Of a DNA stretch of 64,000 nucleotides, positions 21,900-34,600 are shown one piece after another. The stretch is from Histomonas meleagridis 2922-C6/04-290x (Eukaryota; Protista; Parabasalia), in NCBI GenBank assembly GCA_020184695.1, contig JAANOX010000216.1:1-64000 (forward strand), in the 5' to 3' direction. The translations under genes were made by a program, and so were the position numbers. Under the pieces are notes generated by a model, which worked only from the letters and a program-made list of their open reading frames with translations, was not told the origin of the DNA and did no database searches. How positions within the stretch are numbered: position 1 is the first letter of the stretch; the number at the start of each line of letters is the position of its first letter.

Positions 21900-23402
21900 A
21901 TGTCTGTTCTTTTAAGCGGGCCACTAATTAAAAGACATTTACCAGAAAATGAAGATCCTCCAACAGAAACAGATCGCGTTACTACAATAAGTTTAGAAGA
22001 GTTTCTTCAAGATAATGGATCTTTTGAATCCGATGAACAAAAAGAACGACGTTCTGAAGTTTTATTCAAGTTAGAAGATTTGGTCAATCAGTTTGTCCGG
22101 GAAGTTTACGTGAAAAATTCTAATGATATTTCTGGAGCACAAAATTATTATGGAAAATTAATTGCTTTTGGTTCTTTTCGATATGACGTATCGAGCCCCG
22201 AATCAGACATTGATTCTTTGTGTATTGTCCCACAATTTGTCAAAAGAACTGATTTCTTTACAATTTTTTACAGACTTTTATCAACAAATCAACTTGTTAA
22301 AAACCTTGTCAAAATCGAAAACGCGTATGTTCCAATCATTACCATGCAATTTCAAGGGATAGATGTTGATATTTCATTTGCACAACTTGCATTACCAAAT
22401 ATTGATCCTGAAATGGACATTAGTCTTCTTGACGATGATAACATTCTTTCTAATGTTGATGCCCAATCTATGCGATCTCTTAATGGTGTTCGTGTTAGTA
22501 ATATGATTGTTCGTCTTGTTGATGATAAGGCAAATTTTGCACTATTTCTTCGATTTATTCGTATGTGGGCCAAAAAGCGTGGTGTATATGGTAATGTTTA
22601 TGGGTATTTAGGTGGAGTTAATTGTGCATTATTATGTGCATTTATATGCCAAAGATATCCAACTGCACTTCCATCTAAACTTGTCCTAATGTTCTTTAAG
22701 GACTTAATGTCATGGAATTGGCCTGATCCAATCTACATAAATACCCCTGCAATCGGACCTTTGCCATCTTGGGATAACAATCAAGGTTCACCGGGGAAGA
22801 ACGATAAGATGCCGATCATAACCCCCGCGTATCCTGCGATGAACTCAATGGCCAAAGCTACCAAGTCCACTCGAGATAGGATGGTACACGAATTTAAGAG
22901 AGGTTATAAGTATACATTAAAAGTATTCCAAGAAGGTGAAGAATGGAAATGTTTAATTCAGCCCACGCACTTTTTCGTAAACTGCAGAAAATATGTACGA
23001 GTTCAAGTTTGGGCTTCAACTGCAGAAGAACTTAATAAATGGGTACAAACGGTAGAGGCGCAGATAAGAAAGCTAACACTAGCATTAGAATCGGTAAGAT
23101 TCATGAATGCTGTTTATGCATATCCGAAACATTTCGATCGACAAGATGATGAAGGTCATGAATTCTCAAGCAATTTCTTCCTTGGATTGGAATATTGTAT
23201 TCCAAAGGAAGAAAGTGTGGAAAGAAGAATTGACATATCGGAATATGCACAAAAGTTCATCGATGATATGTATGACTCGCCAAACAGAACACCACAGATG
23301 GGGCTGTTCATGCATTTGATTGATAGAATGTTGATGGTTCCATATGTGTTTGAAGATGGAAGACCAGTCAAAAAACACAGAAAACAGAAAACTGCACCTT
23401 AA
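21900..23402 (+). CDS. PAP: Canonical poly(A) polymerase
   Basis: FGSFR...SDIDSLC nucleotidyltransferase motif, third Asp in GIDVDISF, YGYLGGVNCA and MPIITPAYPAMNS. Confidence 0.93.
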   Translation: MSVLLSGPLIKRHLPENEDPPTETDRVTTISLEEFLQDNGSFESDEQKERRSEVLFKLEDLVNQFVREVYVKNSNDISGAQNYYGKLIAFGSFRYDVSSPESDIDSLCIVPQFVKRTDFFTIFYRLLSTNQLVKNLVKIENAYVPIITMQFQGIDVDISFAQLALPNIDPEMDISLLDDDNILSNVDAQSMRSLNGVRVSNMIVRLVDDKANFALFLRFIRMWAKKRGVYGNVYGYLGGVNCALLCAFICQRYPTALPSKLVLMFFKDLMSWNWPDPIYINTPAIGPLPSWDNNQGSPGKNDKMPIITPAYPAMNSMAKATKSTRDRMVHEFKRGYKYTLKVFQEGEEWKCLIQPTHFFVNCRKYVRVQVWASTAEELNKWVQTVEAQIRKLTLALESVRFMNAVYAYPKHFDRQDDEGHEFSSNFFLGLEYCIPKEESVERRIDISEYAQKFIDDMYDSPNRTPQMGLFMHLIDRMLMVPYVFEDGRPVKKHRKQKTAP

Positions 23403-24182
23403 ATAAATAATAAATTGTTTCGCTAAATAAATTTCTTTTATTCTTAATTTCATATAAAAATACTTTAAATTAATTGTAAAAATGTTTTGTTCAGTATTTC
23501 TTAATTAATTAAAAAGTATATTTAAATTAAAAATTTTATAATAAATTAATTTTTTATAATATTCTATTAATTATATCCCAGTCGGCTTTCTTGTGAGAAA
23601 ATTAACTTTCATTAAGTATTTGCGATTGGTATTGGATTCAATTCTTTTTTGTTCAATTTGTAAGTGAACTATTTTTATTTACTTTAAAATAGAGAGTTCT
23701 TCACTCAAAACTACTTTCATTTTTTCAACCAACATGTAATGGTGTTAAATGTTCGATATCAACTTTTACTTTTTATCCACATTAAATTCCTCAATAAAAT
23801 ATTTCACTTATGAAATAAAACTTTCAACATGTACATGTGTAATCGCTGCTTCATGGAAAAAAAATCAATTTCTTTATTAGATATTTTTATTATATATTTT
23901 ATGATTAGAATTCATAACATTTTTCACACTTATGACTCATTAAATGGATGTAAAAGAAACCCTCAATGTATAACAACATAGACAATAATCAAAATCAATA
24001 CTTTCCGGTTTACAACAATTAGTTAAAATCCACTCACATATTTAATATCAATGAAATTTTATAGCAATATGTAGAAATTTTTCACATTTTTTTCCCCTGC
24101 GTTTATAAAATATGAATATTTTATTAATTTGGTGATCACCAAAAAAATGTTTATTAAGGAGTTATCCTTTATCACTTAAAAT

Positions 24183-25734
24183 TTAAACCAAAGGGACTCG
24201 GGAAACGCATCTGATTAAATCCATTGTTGTTTGGTCCTTTTTCATTAAGTAATTGTTTTATTTCTCTGAGACCTAACTGTTGAGCAATTTCAATATGAAG
24301 TGCTGTTTCAAGTGATTAAAACATATTCTAAATTATTAAAACATATTATAAATTATTCAAATGAATATCTTTTGCATTCACATCAATTCCTTCTTTATCT
24401 AAAAGTAATTTTACTATTTCTATATTATTATTTCTAACTGCTATATGAAGTGCTGTTTCAAATTATTAAAACATATTCCAAATTATTAAAACATATATCA
24501 AATTATTCAAATGAATATTTTTTGCATTAACATCAATTCCTTCATTATCTAAAAGTAATTTTACTATTTCTATATTTCTTGATTTAACTGAATATGGTAA
24601 AATTGTATTTGGAATTTGTTGACTTTGTATATCACTTTCTATTATGAATGTATTTCCTTTTGATGCTATTTCTTCAATAATTTCATTATTCATTTTCATT
24701 CCTTCTTTTACTAAAAACATTAAGATTTCATAATTATTAAATTCCATACATTTTTTTCCAAGATATATTAAATTTTCTTCACTTAAATTACAATTATCTT
24801 GACTTTCGATATTGGAATTCGATTTTTTAAAAGAAAATGATGAAGATGACTTTTGTTTATCATTGGAAATTTTTCCAATTTTATTTTCATAAAGATACGA
24901 AAAATTTCATTTTGATGAAATTCTATCGCTGTTTCATATGCGTTTTCAAATGATGAATTGTTTTGTTCGCATAAATGAATAATTTCTAAGTTTCCACCTG
25001 CAATTGCATATTTAGGTGTATTTTTGATATTCGAATTATTTAACAACAAATATTTAAAACATTTAATCGAACCAAAAAATGCGCAATAATCAATTAATGA
25101 AACATTTTCAGTATTAACAAATGAGCATCTTTCATAAAGTGATGGTTCAATTCTTTGATTAAAATTAAAACCATTTTGTGATGATATTTCTTGAAGTTTT
25201 TCTAAATCATCATTTCGAAGCACTTTCGCAATTTCTGATGGATTAACTCCTTCTTTTACATATTGAATATGAAGCTTCAAAGCATCTTTTGATAATTTAT
25301 GAGGTTCTGCCCATTTGTTCATTAATTCATTCATTTTTTCTTTTGTTTTAAATTGAGAAAAATATAATTTGCTCATGCTGTTTACGGTAGATGGTTCAGG
25401 TATTTCTTCTTCGATCATCTTTTCAAGAAGGAAATATGATTCTTGATTTTCTATTCCAAGCAAATATTCACAAAATATTTGCACAAGATTAGCTTCAGTT
25501 AAACTTTTGTTTTTTGCTTTTTCTTCTTCTTTTGCTTTTAATGTAAATAAATATTTAACATATATATTTTCATTATTATGTTGAGAAACAAAAGCTGAGT
25601 ATATAAATCTGGAAATAAGATAGTTAAATGTATAAGGTAGATTATCAACAAATAAATTAATTGTTGCTTGAACAGATGTTTCAAAATTTTTTTCGTTGAG
25701 ATTGAAGACAATGGATTCTAATGATTTCGATCAT
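24183..25734 (-). pseudogene. Locus G: DUF3447 + 2 ankyrin units separated by 60-nt spacers of the 20-mer type; frameshifted
   Basis: ORFs 24783-25484 and 24466-24747 are joined by a 1-nt frameshift near 24897. Thr codons are at 24456 and 24306, and the last unit TALHIEIAQQLG...VPLV* ends at 24183. The start position is approximate. Confidence 0.65.
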
Positions 25735-26873
25735 TAACAAAATAATGGTCGAAAAGTTTTTGTAAGACGATAAAAATATCAAATACTTTACAGCATGCTG
25801 AACAACGTTAAAATATTTTGTTTAATGGCCACTTTTTGAATGCGTATCTATCGGTGAAATGGGGTGCCTTTTTCGCTTTTCAAATGTTCCAATAAGATAA
25901 AATTTGTCGTAAACAAGAGCATCCAACCAATATTAAGTTGATGACATGCTTAAACAGATCACAAAATGCTTAGGGCTGGATGAATCAAAATACAGATCTT
26001 CTTGAAAAATCAATACAAGAAATAAAAGAAAGTTTTGAAAAAGAATACCAAAGGATAAATGACTCAAGGAAAAATTCAAGATCGTGTTTTTCATCAATTT
26101 GGTGATCTATTGAAACAATTTGGAAAAGAAATTGAATAAATATTATTAATTCCACCCGAAAGACAGCAACTGCATGCTTCCCTTTCATCAAAAATTCAAA
26201 GGCCTACAAAAATCAATATTTCTAAAACCACAACACCATCTTCAGATTTTAAGAAGATTTCTCTAAAATCATTTCACAAATACAAGCAGGTGGCATAAAC
26301 ACAAATGGAATGACAATGATTGCAGAGAGAGCAATGTTTTATAAAATCATGATCAAGTTTTCTTTAAGCGTTGAAACAAGAATTAAAAATAAATTAAGCG
26401 GAACAATAGGCACAATAGCAAAAGGAGAAGTTGTAACACATTTGCATAAGAAACTTGTTTAGATCAGTAATCGATAAAATACGAAATTAATCTAAGGTAA
26501 AAATCAGGATCGTTTTTGTGTTATCGGGTATGTTGATTTATGATTTGTTCATTGTTTTTTCTCCTATTGAAAACACTAAATAAATAAGTTCGTTTGTTTC
26601 TTTGAAGTATTATTTGTAATCTTCTTGCTGTAAACATCAGAAAAAGTTTGAAGCTTTTCATACAAATCACAAATTAACGTACATTAACGATAACAACCGT
26701 ATAAAACGATTAAAAAAATTTGAAAAAAAGAAGATAATTATCCTCAAATTTACTAAAAACTTGCTAAAGAATACAGAAAAAAGACAAGCTCTTGAATGAA
26801 AAGGAGTTATACATTTTATAAATTTTGTCAATAATTTCAAAATCATTTAAAAGAAAACAACAATTTTTAATAG

Positions 26874-27437
26874 TTAATGAATAAGTGTTATCCAAGAAAT
26901 GACTGTGTACAATAGGCCACATGGAAACAACCCAAGTAATTTTCGATCTTCTGAAATATGTGAAGCAATGAATCTTGAAACAGAATGAATTGACCATACT
27001 AAGGTCAATGGAACCGTAATAACTTTTATAATGGTCCATGACAAAATTGCAGTGATCAATGAACCGCATGCAATTGGGAATAAGCAATAACCTATTGCAC
27101 ATATTGCTTGGAAAAATGAAACTGTGCTCCCAAGAAGCATGAAATTTATTGAAACAATTGCACCACCAATTGTAAGAATAATGAAAACACCAGTAAATAA
27201 TAAAGTAGTTTGTCCTACCGGTGCTGTTATGGCGAGAACTGTTGACAGTATCAAGCAAATAAATAATGGACCCCAAAGATCCCAATTTCTTAAAGCGTTT
27301 TCAGATGATGCCTTTGGATTCAAAACAACCAATGTTTTACTCTTGATTCCGTTAAGATCTTTCATTAAAGTTTCCCAAACAGTTTCTGTTAAGAGTTCTG
27401 AGTCAACATTTTGGTAAACAAGTGGTTCTTGTTCCAT
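26874..27437 (-). CDS. Yip1-domain protein (YIPF6-like)
   Basis: ETVWETLMKDL...VLNPK...LRNWDLWGPLFICLIL followed by several TM helices. Confidence 0.88.
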   Translation of the reverse strand: MEQEPLVYQNVDSELLTETVWETLMKDLNGIKSKTLVVLNPKASSENALRNWDLWGPLFICLILSTVLAITAPVGQTTLLFTGVFIILTIGGAIVSINFMLLGSTVSFFQAICAIGYCLFPIACGSLITAILSWTIIKVITVPLTLVWSIHSVSRFIASHISEDRKLLGLFPCGLLYTVISWITLIH

Positions 27438-27561
27438 TTTTCAATTTTATTTGGCTAAAATAAACCGTTTATGTTCAACACTTTTATTTACATTTTTTTC
27501 TGTGATTTACAACTTATCGTTACCAAGCAATTTGTCACTTTTTGAAATACGTTAGTTCAGC

Positions 27562-30500
27562 ATGTCGGGATATACTGGACTACGTCTTGAACCAGTAACA
27601 GCGCTTGGTATAAATATCCTTGATAACAAAACAATACACTGGAATGGGTCAAGACAATTTTTTTATCCTGTCGGTATTCACATTCAACAATATCAATTAG
27701 AAACTAATCAAACACAATTTTTATTTTCAGAACGATTCGAGCAAAACAGTGCCGAAACAATCAAAATTTGTGATGTATGTATTTTTGGAAATGGTCAATT
27801 CATAGCAATATCAGAAGTATTTCGTCCAAAGCATGGAATTCTTTCAATATATGACACTGAAACTCAAATGCTACACACTCGTTTGAGGCATGACAAAGTG
27901 AATGAATTCGTTTCTCTTACATTCTCATATGAAGATGGAATGATTGCAGCTATCGGAAAAGGAGAAGAAGAAAATAAAGTTTTTGTTTGGAAGATGGGAC
28001 GTCAGGTTGGTCTTGCAGCTACATTTCAAGTTTCTAAGGATATTACATCGATTTGTTTTGATCCTCAAAATTCTTTTCGTCTTCTTCTTTTTAGCAAAGA
28101 ACAAATATTAATTGTTCTCATTGACACACCAGATCGTACACAGACTGTTATTGACACCAATGATATAAGAAATTATAATTGTTATTCATTTGTTCCTTCA
28201 ATTCGTAACCTTTTACTTGTTTCATCTAATAACACGCTCATAACAATTTTAGGTGAAACTGTTGTTGACATGCAAGAACTCATTTCAACAAATATTGATC
28301 AAATCGAATCAGTGAGAAATTTTGTTTTTCTTATCTCAAAAAACGTAATTCACTGTTTTAAAGCATCCCAAAGTTATCCTTACTTAGAGTTTATCGGTCC
28401 TTTAAATCTTCAAGCAGATATAATAAATGAATTTTCCCCATCACCAGATGGAGATTTGGCAATTGTTTTATACAATAACTCATTTACGTATTTACTTGAT
28501 TTTAACATTGCCCAAAAGTACATTCGACAAAGAAATGAAATGAAGAATAAAAATGGAGTATCATTAGATAGCGGCCGTATTTATTCTTTTGATGACTTTT
28601 TGGAAATTAAAACTAAGAATGATAATCAATTTCTTGACATATATGAAATCGAACAATACATTGGTTTATTAACTCCATTACCAATGTGTTTTCAAATGGG
28701 CCCGATTACAGCAATTGCAAAATGTCCAAGAAAGCCATTAATAGCAACATGTGGGAAAGATTTAACATTAATGATTTGGAATTTAGCTAAAAAAACCGTT
28801 CTTTCGACCGTTAGGCTCTCGGAGACCGTTAACAGTTGTAGCTTTCATCCATCAGGAGATTTATTAGCTGTAGGGAAATCGAACAGTTTATCATTATATT
28901 CATTATCATTTAATTCTCTTATACTTAATCATAAATGGGAACCATTATCATGTACATGTGTCAGTTTTTCAAATGGAGGTCATCTTTTAGCAGTTGGTTC
29001 TGTAATGATAAAAGTAATTTCCACTTATACAAATAAAACGGTAGCATCATTACGAGGCCATAATTTATCCATCAAATCTATTGCATGGGCTAATAATGAT
29101 TCATTTTTTATCTCTGCAGGATTAGATGGTAATATATTTAAATGGTCTGCGAAATCATGGGAACGTACATGTGAAATAACGCAGCCATATCAATTTATAA
29201 ATGCTATTTTAACGACACCAAACATACATGAAGAAGAAACGACTTCGAATAATTATAATATTTTAGCATTAACTTCAAACAGTTTAATTTATGATAAAGA
29301 AAACTCAAACGGTCGCAGCCCTAACAAAAAGTGCAAATTAACCGCCATGTGTTTACCTGTCAATTTTTCTATCGTTACTGGTGATCAAAGAGGTAATGTT
29401 CAAGTAATCCCTTATCCATTATTACCATTTGAAAAAGATAATCCATTTCATATTGGTATTGAAGTCTCAGTTCATACATTACCTGTCAATTATATAATGC
29501 ATAATAATGGACAAACATTATATTCAACATCAGAAGATTCATCAATTTTTATATTTAATATAATTCAACCACATCAAATGGTATTAACAGCACCAGTATC
29601 AATAGCATTATCACGAGAAGAACAAAGTTTTTTAGTGGATAAAGAAATATTCACCGAAAAACAAGAAACGATTTTACATTTACGTGAAATGTTAAATTTA
29701 CATCGATCACAATTTAAGACATCGAATAATAAATTAAATGAAGAACAAAATAAAGAAATCGAGAAATATAAAAATAAATGGAAAATGACTTTGTCATCAT
29801 TAAAGAAACAATTGACAGCACTTTCCAATGAGAAAGAAGAACAAGAAAGAAAAGCAACGCAAATAATAATCGAAAGTGAAAATGAACATAATGAAAAGAT
29901 GAAAAAAGTTAAAGAATTATATGAAAAAAAATTGGCAGAACAAACTCAAGCTTCTGCTGAACTAATGAAAGAGAAAATTAGTATTCAAGCTGATTACGAA
30001 GATAAAATACATAAAATGACTGAAGAGTTTAAAGCGAAATTAGTCGAACGGAAAGAATCAGCTAAAAGACAATTAGAAATTCAGGCTTCTGATAATGTAG
30101 AAGCTGAAAAGGAATTTAAGCAAGTAGAAAGATTACAAGTCGAAGAAAAAATTACATTGCAACATGAACATGAATTAGAAATGGAAAATTTTAAACAAAA
30201 ATTCGAACAAGAAATTAATAATTTAAATAACGAAATTGATATCGTACGAACAGACTTAGTCAATCACCAAGATGCTTATGATGGTAACATAGAACAAATT
30301 TCGTCAATGAAATCAAATATTGTTAGTATAACTAATGAAAATAAGTTACTTGAACAAAAGAAAAGAGTTTTGACTGAAAAAACAAATCAAATACAAAACG
30401 ATCTTTTAGGTCGAAATGAACGAGTGACACATCAAACAACAAATTTGCTTGAGCTTAAATCTAAAAATGATGAGTTACAAAAATGGCGTGCAGTTATGGA

Positions 30501-31245
30501 CTTCAGATTATCGGAGCTTAAAACTCAAGTTGAACCAAATTCACAAAATATCGAAAATCTTAGGAAACAAATTTCGGATAATGAAATTCTATTGCGGCAA
30601 ATGAAACAAATCAATACTAAAGACTCACAACAACTCGAGAAAATGGAGAACAAAATCAACGATTTATATAACAACATCATAAAAACCGAAAATCAAATTC
30701 AAAAATTTGAATCGACGATAAATATTTTCAAAAACAAAATTCGTTCTTTATATACTGAAGTTAAACCCGAGAATTGGGTAACAGAAATTGAACAATTTTA
30801 TAAGAACTTCATTTCTAACATCGAAGTCGAAATTAATGATAATGAGATTGAAATCGATGATGATAATAATATGTTAAAAGAAACTATTGACGAGTTTGAT
30901 CGACATAAAGATACTCTCTCCAATAAAATCATCAAGTTAAGGGTTAAAGTTGAGGATAACGTCGAAAATTCGGGATTATCATTCTTGAAGCAAATCGACA
31001 AAAATGAAGAATTGATAAACGAATTGGCGAAGTTAAGAAAAGAAAACAGAAATCTGAAGTCGAACTTGCACTTGGCGCAGACAGAAATTAATACATTGCT
31101 GAGACAATGTTCACATGAATCGAAATCGTTGGAAACTAAGGTGAAGACTTTGTTTAAGTCCTCGAATATAATTCAGCCCGTACCACAAATTCAAAAGAGA
31201 ACAACAAAAACGGGCGTACCTGTTACTGTGGAACATTTTACATAG
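27562..31245 (+). CDS. CFAP57: WD40 + coiled-coil cilia/flagella protein, CFAP57/WDR65-like
   Basis: GPITAIAKCPRKPLIATCGKDLTLMIWN and CSFHPSGDLLAVG WD repeats, followed by a long C-terminal coiled coil. Confidence 0.75.
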   Translation: MSGYTGLRLEPVTALGINILDNKTIHWNGSRQFFYPVGIHIQQYQLETNQTQFLFSERFEQNSAETIKICDVCIFGNGQFIAISEVFRPKHGILSIYDTETQMLHTRLRHDKVNEFVSLTFSYEDGMIAAIGKGEEENKVFVWKMGRQVGLAATFQVSKDITSICFDPQNSFRLLLFSKEQILIVLIDTPDRTQTVIDTNDIRNYNCYSFVPSIRNLLLVSSNNTLITILGETVVDMQELISTNIDQIESVRNFVFLISKNVIHCFKASQSYPYLEFIGPLNLQADIINEFSPSPDGDLAIVLYNNSFTYLLDFNIAQKYIRQRNEMKNKNGVSLDSGRIYSFDDFLEIKTKNDNQFLDIYEIEQYIGLLTPLPMCFQMGPITAIAKCPRKPLIATCGKDLTLMIWNLAKKTVLSTVRLSETVNSCSFHPSGDLLAVGKSNSLSLYSLSFNSLILNHKWEPLSCTCVSFSNGGHLLAVGSVMIKVISTYTNKTVASLRGHNLSIKSIAWANNDSFFISAGLDGNIFKWSAKSWERTCEITQPYQFINAILTTPNIHEEETTSNNYNILALTSNSLIYDKENSNGRSPNKKCKLTAMCLPVNFSIVTGDQRGNVQVIPYPLLPFEKDNPFHIGIEVSVHTLPVNYIMHNNGQTLYSTSEDSSIFIFNIIQPHQMVLTAPVSIALSREEQSFLVDKEIFTEKQETILHLREMLNLHRSQFKTSNNKLNEEQNKEIEKYKNKWKMTLSSLKKQLTALSNEKEEQERKATQIIIESENEHNEKMKKVKELYEKKLAEQTQASAELMKEKISIQADYEDKIHKMTEEFKAKLVERKESAKRQLEIQASDNVEAEKEFKQVERLQVEEKITLQHEHELEMENFKQKFEQEINNLNNEIDIVRTDLVNHQDAYDGNIEQISSMKSNIVSITNENKLLEQKKRVLTEKTNQIQNDLLGRNERVTHQTTNLLELKSKNDELQKWRAVMDFRLSELKTQVEPNSQNIENLRKQISDNEILLRQMKQINTKDSQQLEKMENKINDLYNNIIKTENQIQKFESTINIFKNKIRSLYTEVKPENWVTEIEQFYKNFISNIEVEINDNEIEIDDDNNMLKETIDEFDRHKDTLSNKIIKLRVKVEDNVENSGLSFLKQIDKNEELINELAKLRKENRNLKSNLHLAQTEINTLLRQCSHESKSLETKVKTLFKSSNIIQPVPQIQKRTTKTGVPVTVEHFT

Positions 31246-31692
31246 ATTTGTTTGTATAAAATTTTGTATATTATTTTTTTAATGATAAAATCAAATTGCG
31301 AACATAAGAATTCCATTTAATTTTGTGCTATTTGGAATCTCATGTTATGTATGATTTAAATCAAAACAAAAGTTTTTTTGACGATATGATTAAATGAATG
31401 AAAAAACATCGTATTTCCATTCAAAAACTATAACGGTCGACAAGAATAAAAGCAACCGTTTAATTTCTTATGAATCGTCTCAAAATATATTCGTAAATAT
31501 TTCATATATCTCTGTGTGAATCTGACTTTGCTTTGCTTACGCTTTGAAAAAAATAAAATTGAAAACCATCAAAAAAAAAGTCAATTTTTTTTAACTAAAA
31601 ATCTTATTAAATATATAAAGAAAATATTAGAGAAAAGAAAAAGATGTTATTAATTTCATAACATTTTTATATAATTATCAATAATTTTTTTA

Positions 31693-34600
31693 TTAATAAC
31701 AAATACATTTCGCAGGAGATTTCTTACTAATTAAATCCGCGATGTTGGTATATGAATTTTTTATTGCAAGGGAAAGAGCTGTGTCAAACTATTAAAATGA
31801 ATTCCAAATATCATTTTAAATCATCACGTTACTAAAATTAACATTATCTACAACATTAATATCAATATTTTCTTCATCAAGAAGAATTTCTACGATTTGG
31901 AAAAATCCATTTTCAGATGCCTTCATAAGTGCTGTTTGAAATATTTTAAGTCAATTCCAAATAAAATTTTGATATCCGAAATAAATAAAAAAAATATCAA
32001 AACAAGTAAACAAATATCTTGAGCATTAATATCAATTCCTATTTGATACAGAAGTATTTTAACAACGCCTTTGTTTCCTTTTTCAGATGCTTTTATAAGT
32101 GCTGTTTGAAATATTTTACGTCAATTCCAAATAATATTTTGATATCCAAAATAATTAAAAAGAATATCAAAACAAGTAAACAAATATCTTTAGCATTAAT
32201 ATCAATTCCTTTTTCAAGAAGTAACCGAACAACGCCCATATTTCCTTTACTAGATGCACAAATTAGTGCTGTTTTATAAATTTTTATCAAATTCCAAATA
32301 ATATATTCGAATATAAAATATTTCAAGTTTACAATAATTAAGACAAATTGATATCCCTTACATTTATATCAATATTTTTGTGTTTAAGAAGGAAACCAAC
32401 AATTTCATATTGGCATGCTTCAGCTGCAAATATAATTGCAGTTTCATATCATTTTAATATATTCCATGCAATAATAAGTAATTCCAAATAATTTATATAC
32501 ACTAAAAATAAGCAAATAATACACTTTTCGCATTTATATCAATACTTTCTTGTGCAAGTAGTAATTTAACTACATCAATATTACCCATTAAAGATGCTTT
32601 CATTAATGATGTATAAAATATTTCAAATAAATACAAAATTTAATGACAAAATCAGAAATTATTTAAATAAACATTATAATCAGTAAAGCAAAAATCTTTA
32701 GCATTAATATCAATTCCTTCTTGTTCAAGAAGTAATTTAACTATTTCTATATGACCATTTTTAGATGCTATGATAAGTGCCGAATCAAATAATTGAAACA
32801 ATTACCAAATATTATATAAAAATACCAAATTATTTAAGCAAAAACCAAATAAACTAATTAAATATTTTTAGCATTAATATCAATTCCCTCTTGTTCAAGA
32901 AGGAATTTAACTGTTTCTGTTTTGCCATTTTGCGATGCAATAATAAGTGCAGAGTCAAATAATTAAAACAATTACCAAATATTATATCAAAATACCAAAT
33001 TATTAAAATAAATATTAAATAAACAAATCAAATATTTTTAGCATTGATATCAATTCCTTCTTGTTCAAGAAGTAATTTAACTATTTCTATATAACCATTT
33101 TTAGATGCTAAAATAAGTGCTGAATCAAATAATGTAATTAATTACCAAATATTAGTTTAAAGCAGAAAATTATTTAAACAAAAATCAAATAAACAAATCA
33201 AATATTTTTAGAACTAATATCAATTCCCTCTTGTTCAAGAAGAAACTTAACTGTTTCTAATTTACCATTTTTAGATGCGGAAATAAGTGCTGAATCAAAT
33301 AAAATAAACAATTGCCAAATATAATTTTGAAACAGAAAATTATTTGAATAAATTTTATTTTTATCATTAATATCAATTCCTTCTTGTTCAAGAAGTAATT
33401 TAACTATTTCTATATGACCATTTTTAGATGCCACAATAAGTGCTGAATCAAATAATATAAATAATTACCAAATATTATATAAAAATACCAAATTATTTAA
33501 ACAGAAATCAAATCAAACAAACAAATACCTTTAGCATTGATATCAATTCCTTCTTGTCCAAGAAGAAACTTAACTGTTTCTGTTTTACCATTTTTAGATG
33601 CGGAAATAAGTGCTGAATCAAATAATTTAAACAATTACCAAATATAATTTTGAAACAGAAAATTATTTGAATAAATTTTATTTTTATCATTAATATCAAT
33701 TCCTTCTTGTTCAATAAGAAACTTAACTGTTTCTGTTTTACCATTTTTAGATGCTACAATAAGTGCTGAATCAAATAATATAAATTATTACCAAATATTA
33801 TATAAAAATATCAAATTATTTAAACAGAAATTAAATAAACAAATTAAATATTTTTAGCGTTAATATCAATTCCTTTACTAAGAAGAAATTTAAACATTTC
33901 AATATGGTCATATTTTGACGCCAAAATAAGAACTGTATTAAATAACTTCAATAATTTCCATATGAAATATTGAATTATCAATATATTAGAAGAAAAATCA
34001 AATAGTATATATAAATATCTTTGGTATTAATATTAATCAATCCTTGAGTTAAAAGATTTTGAATTGTTTTAACATTTCCCTTTTCTAATGCTTTATTAAC
34101 TTTCTTGAGAAATATTTTGATGAGATTTTATATTTTATTATTAAACCCAAAATTAACAAAATAAATATTTTTCATACTATTTACGTCAATTCCATTTTGT
34201 TCAAGAAATAGTTGAAATATTTCTCTTCGATTTTTTTTTGCTGCCCAAATAAGTGCTGTTCTAAATATTTAAAACAATTTTCATATGTTATTTTGAGACT
34301 TTAATTTGTTAAAATAAAATTTAAATAGAGCAAATAAATATCTTTAGCATTAATATCAATTCCTTCTTGTTCAAGAAGTAATTTAACTATTTCTATATGA
34401 CCATTTTCAGATGCTAATATAAGTGCTGTATCAAATAATTTAAATAATTTCCAAATCTTATTTTGAAATATAAAACCATTAAAATAAATTTTAAATAAAA
34501 CAGATAAATATCTTTAGCATTAATATCAATTCCTTCTTGTTCAAGAAGTAGTTTAACTATTTCTATTTGACCATTTTCAGATGCTAATATAAATGCTGTT

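Noticed and set aside
25985-26480. Broken hydrophobic ORF fragments
   Set aside because: Multiple stops and no recognisable family, so they cannot be called.
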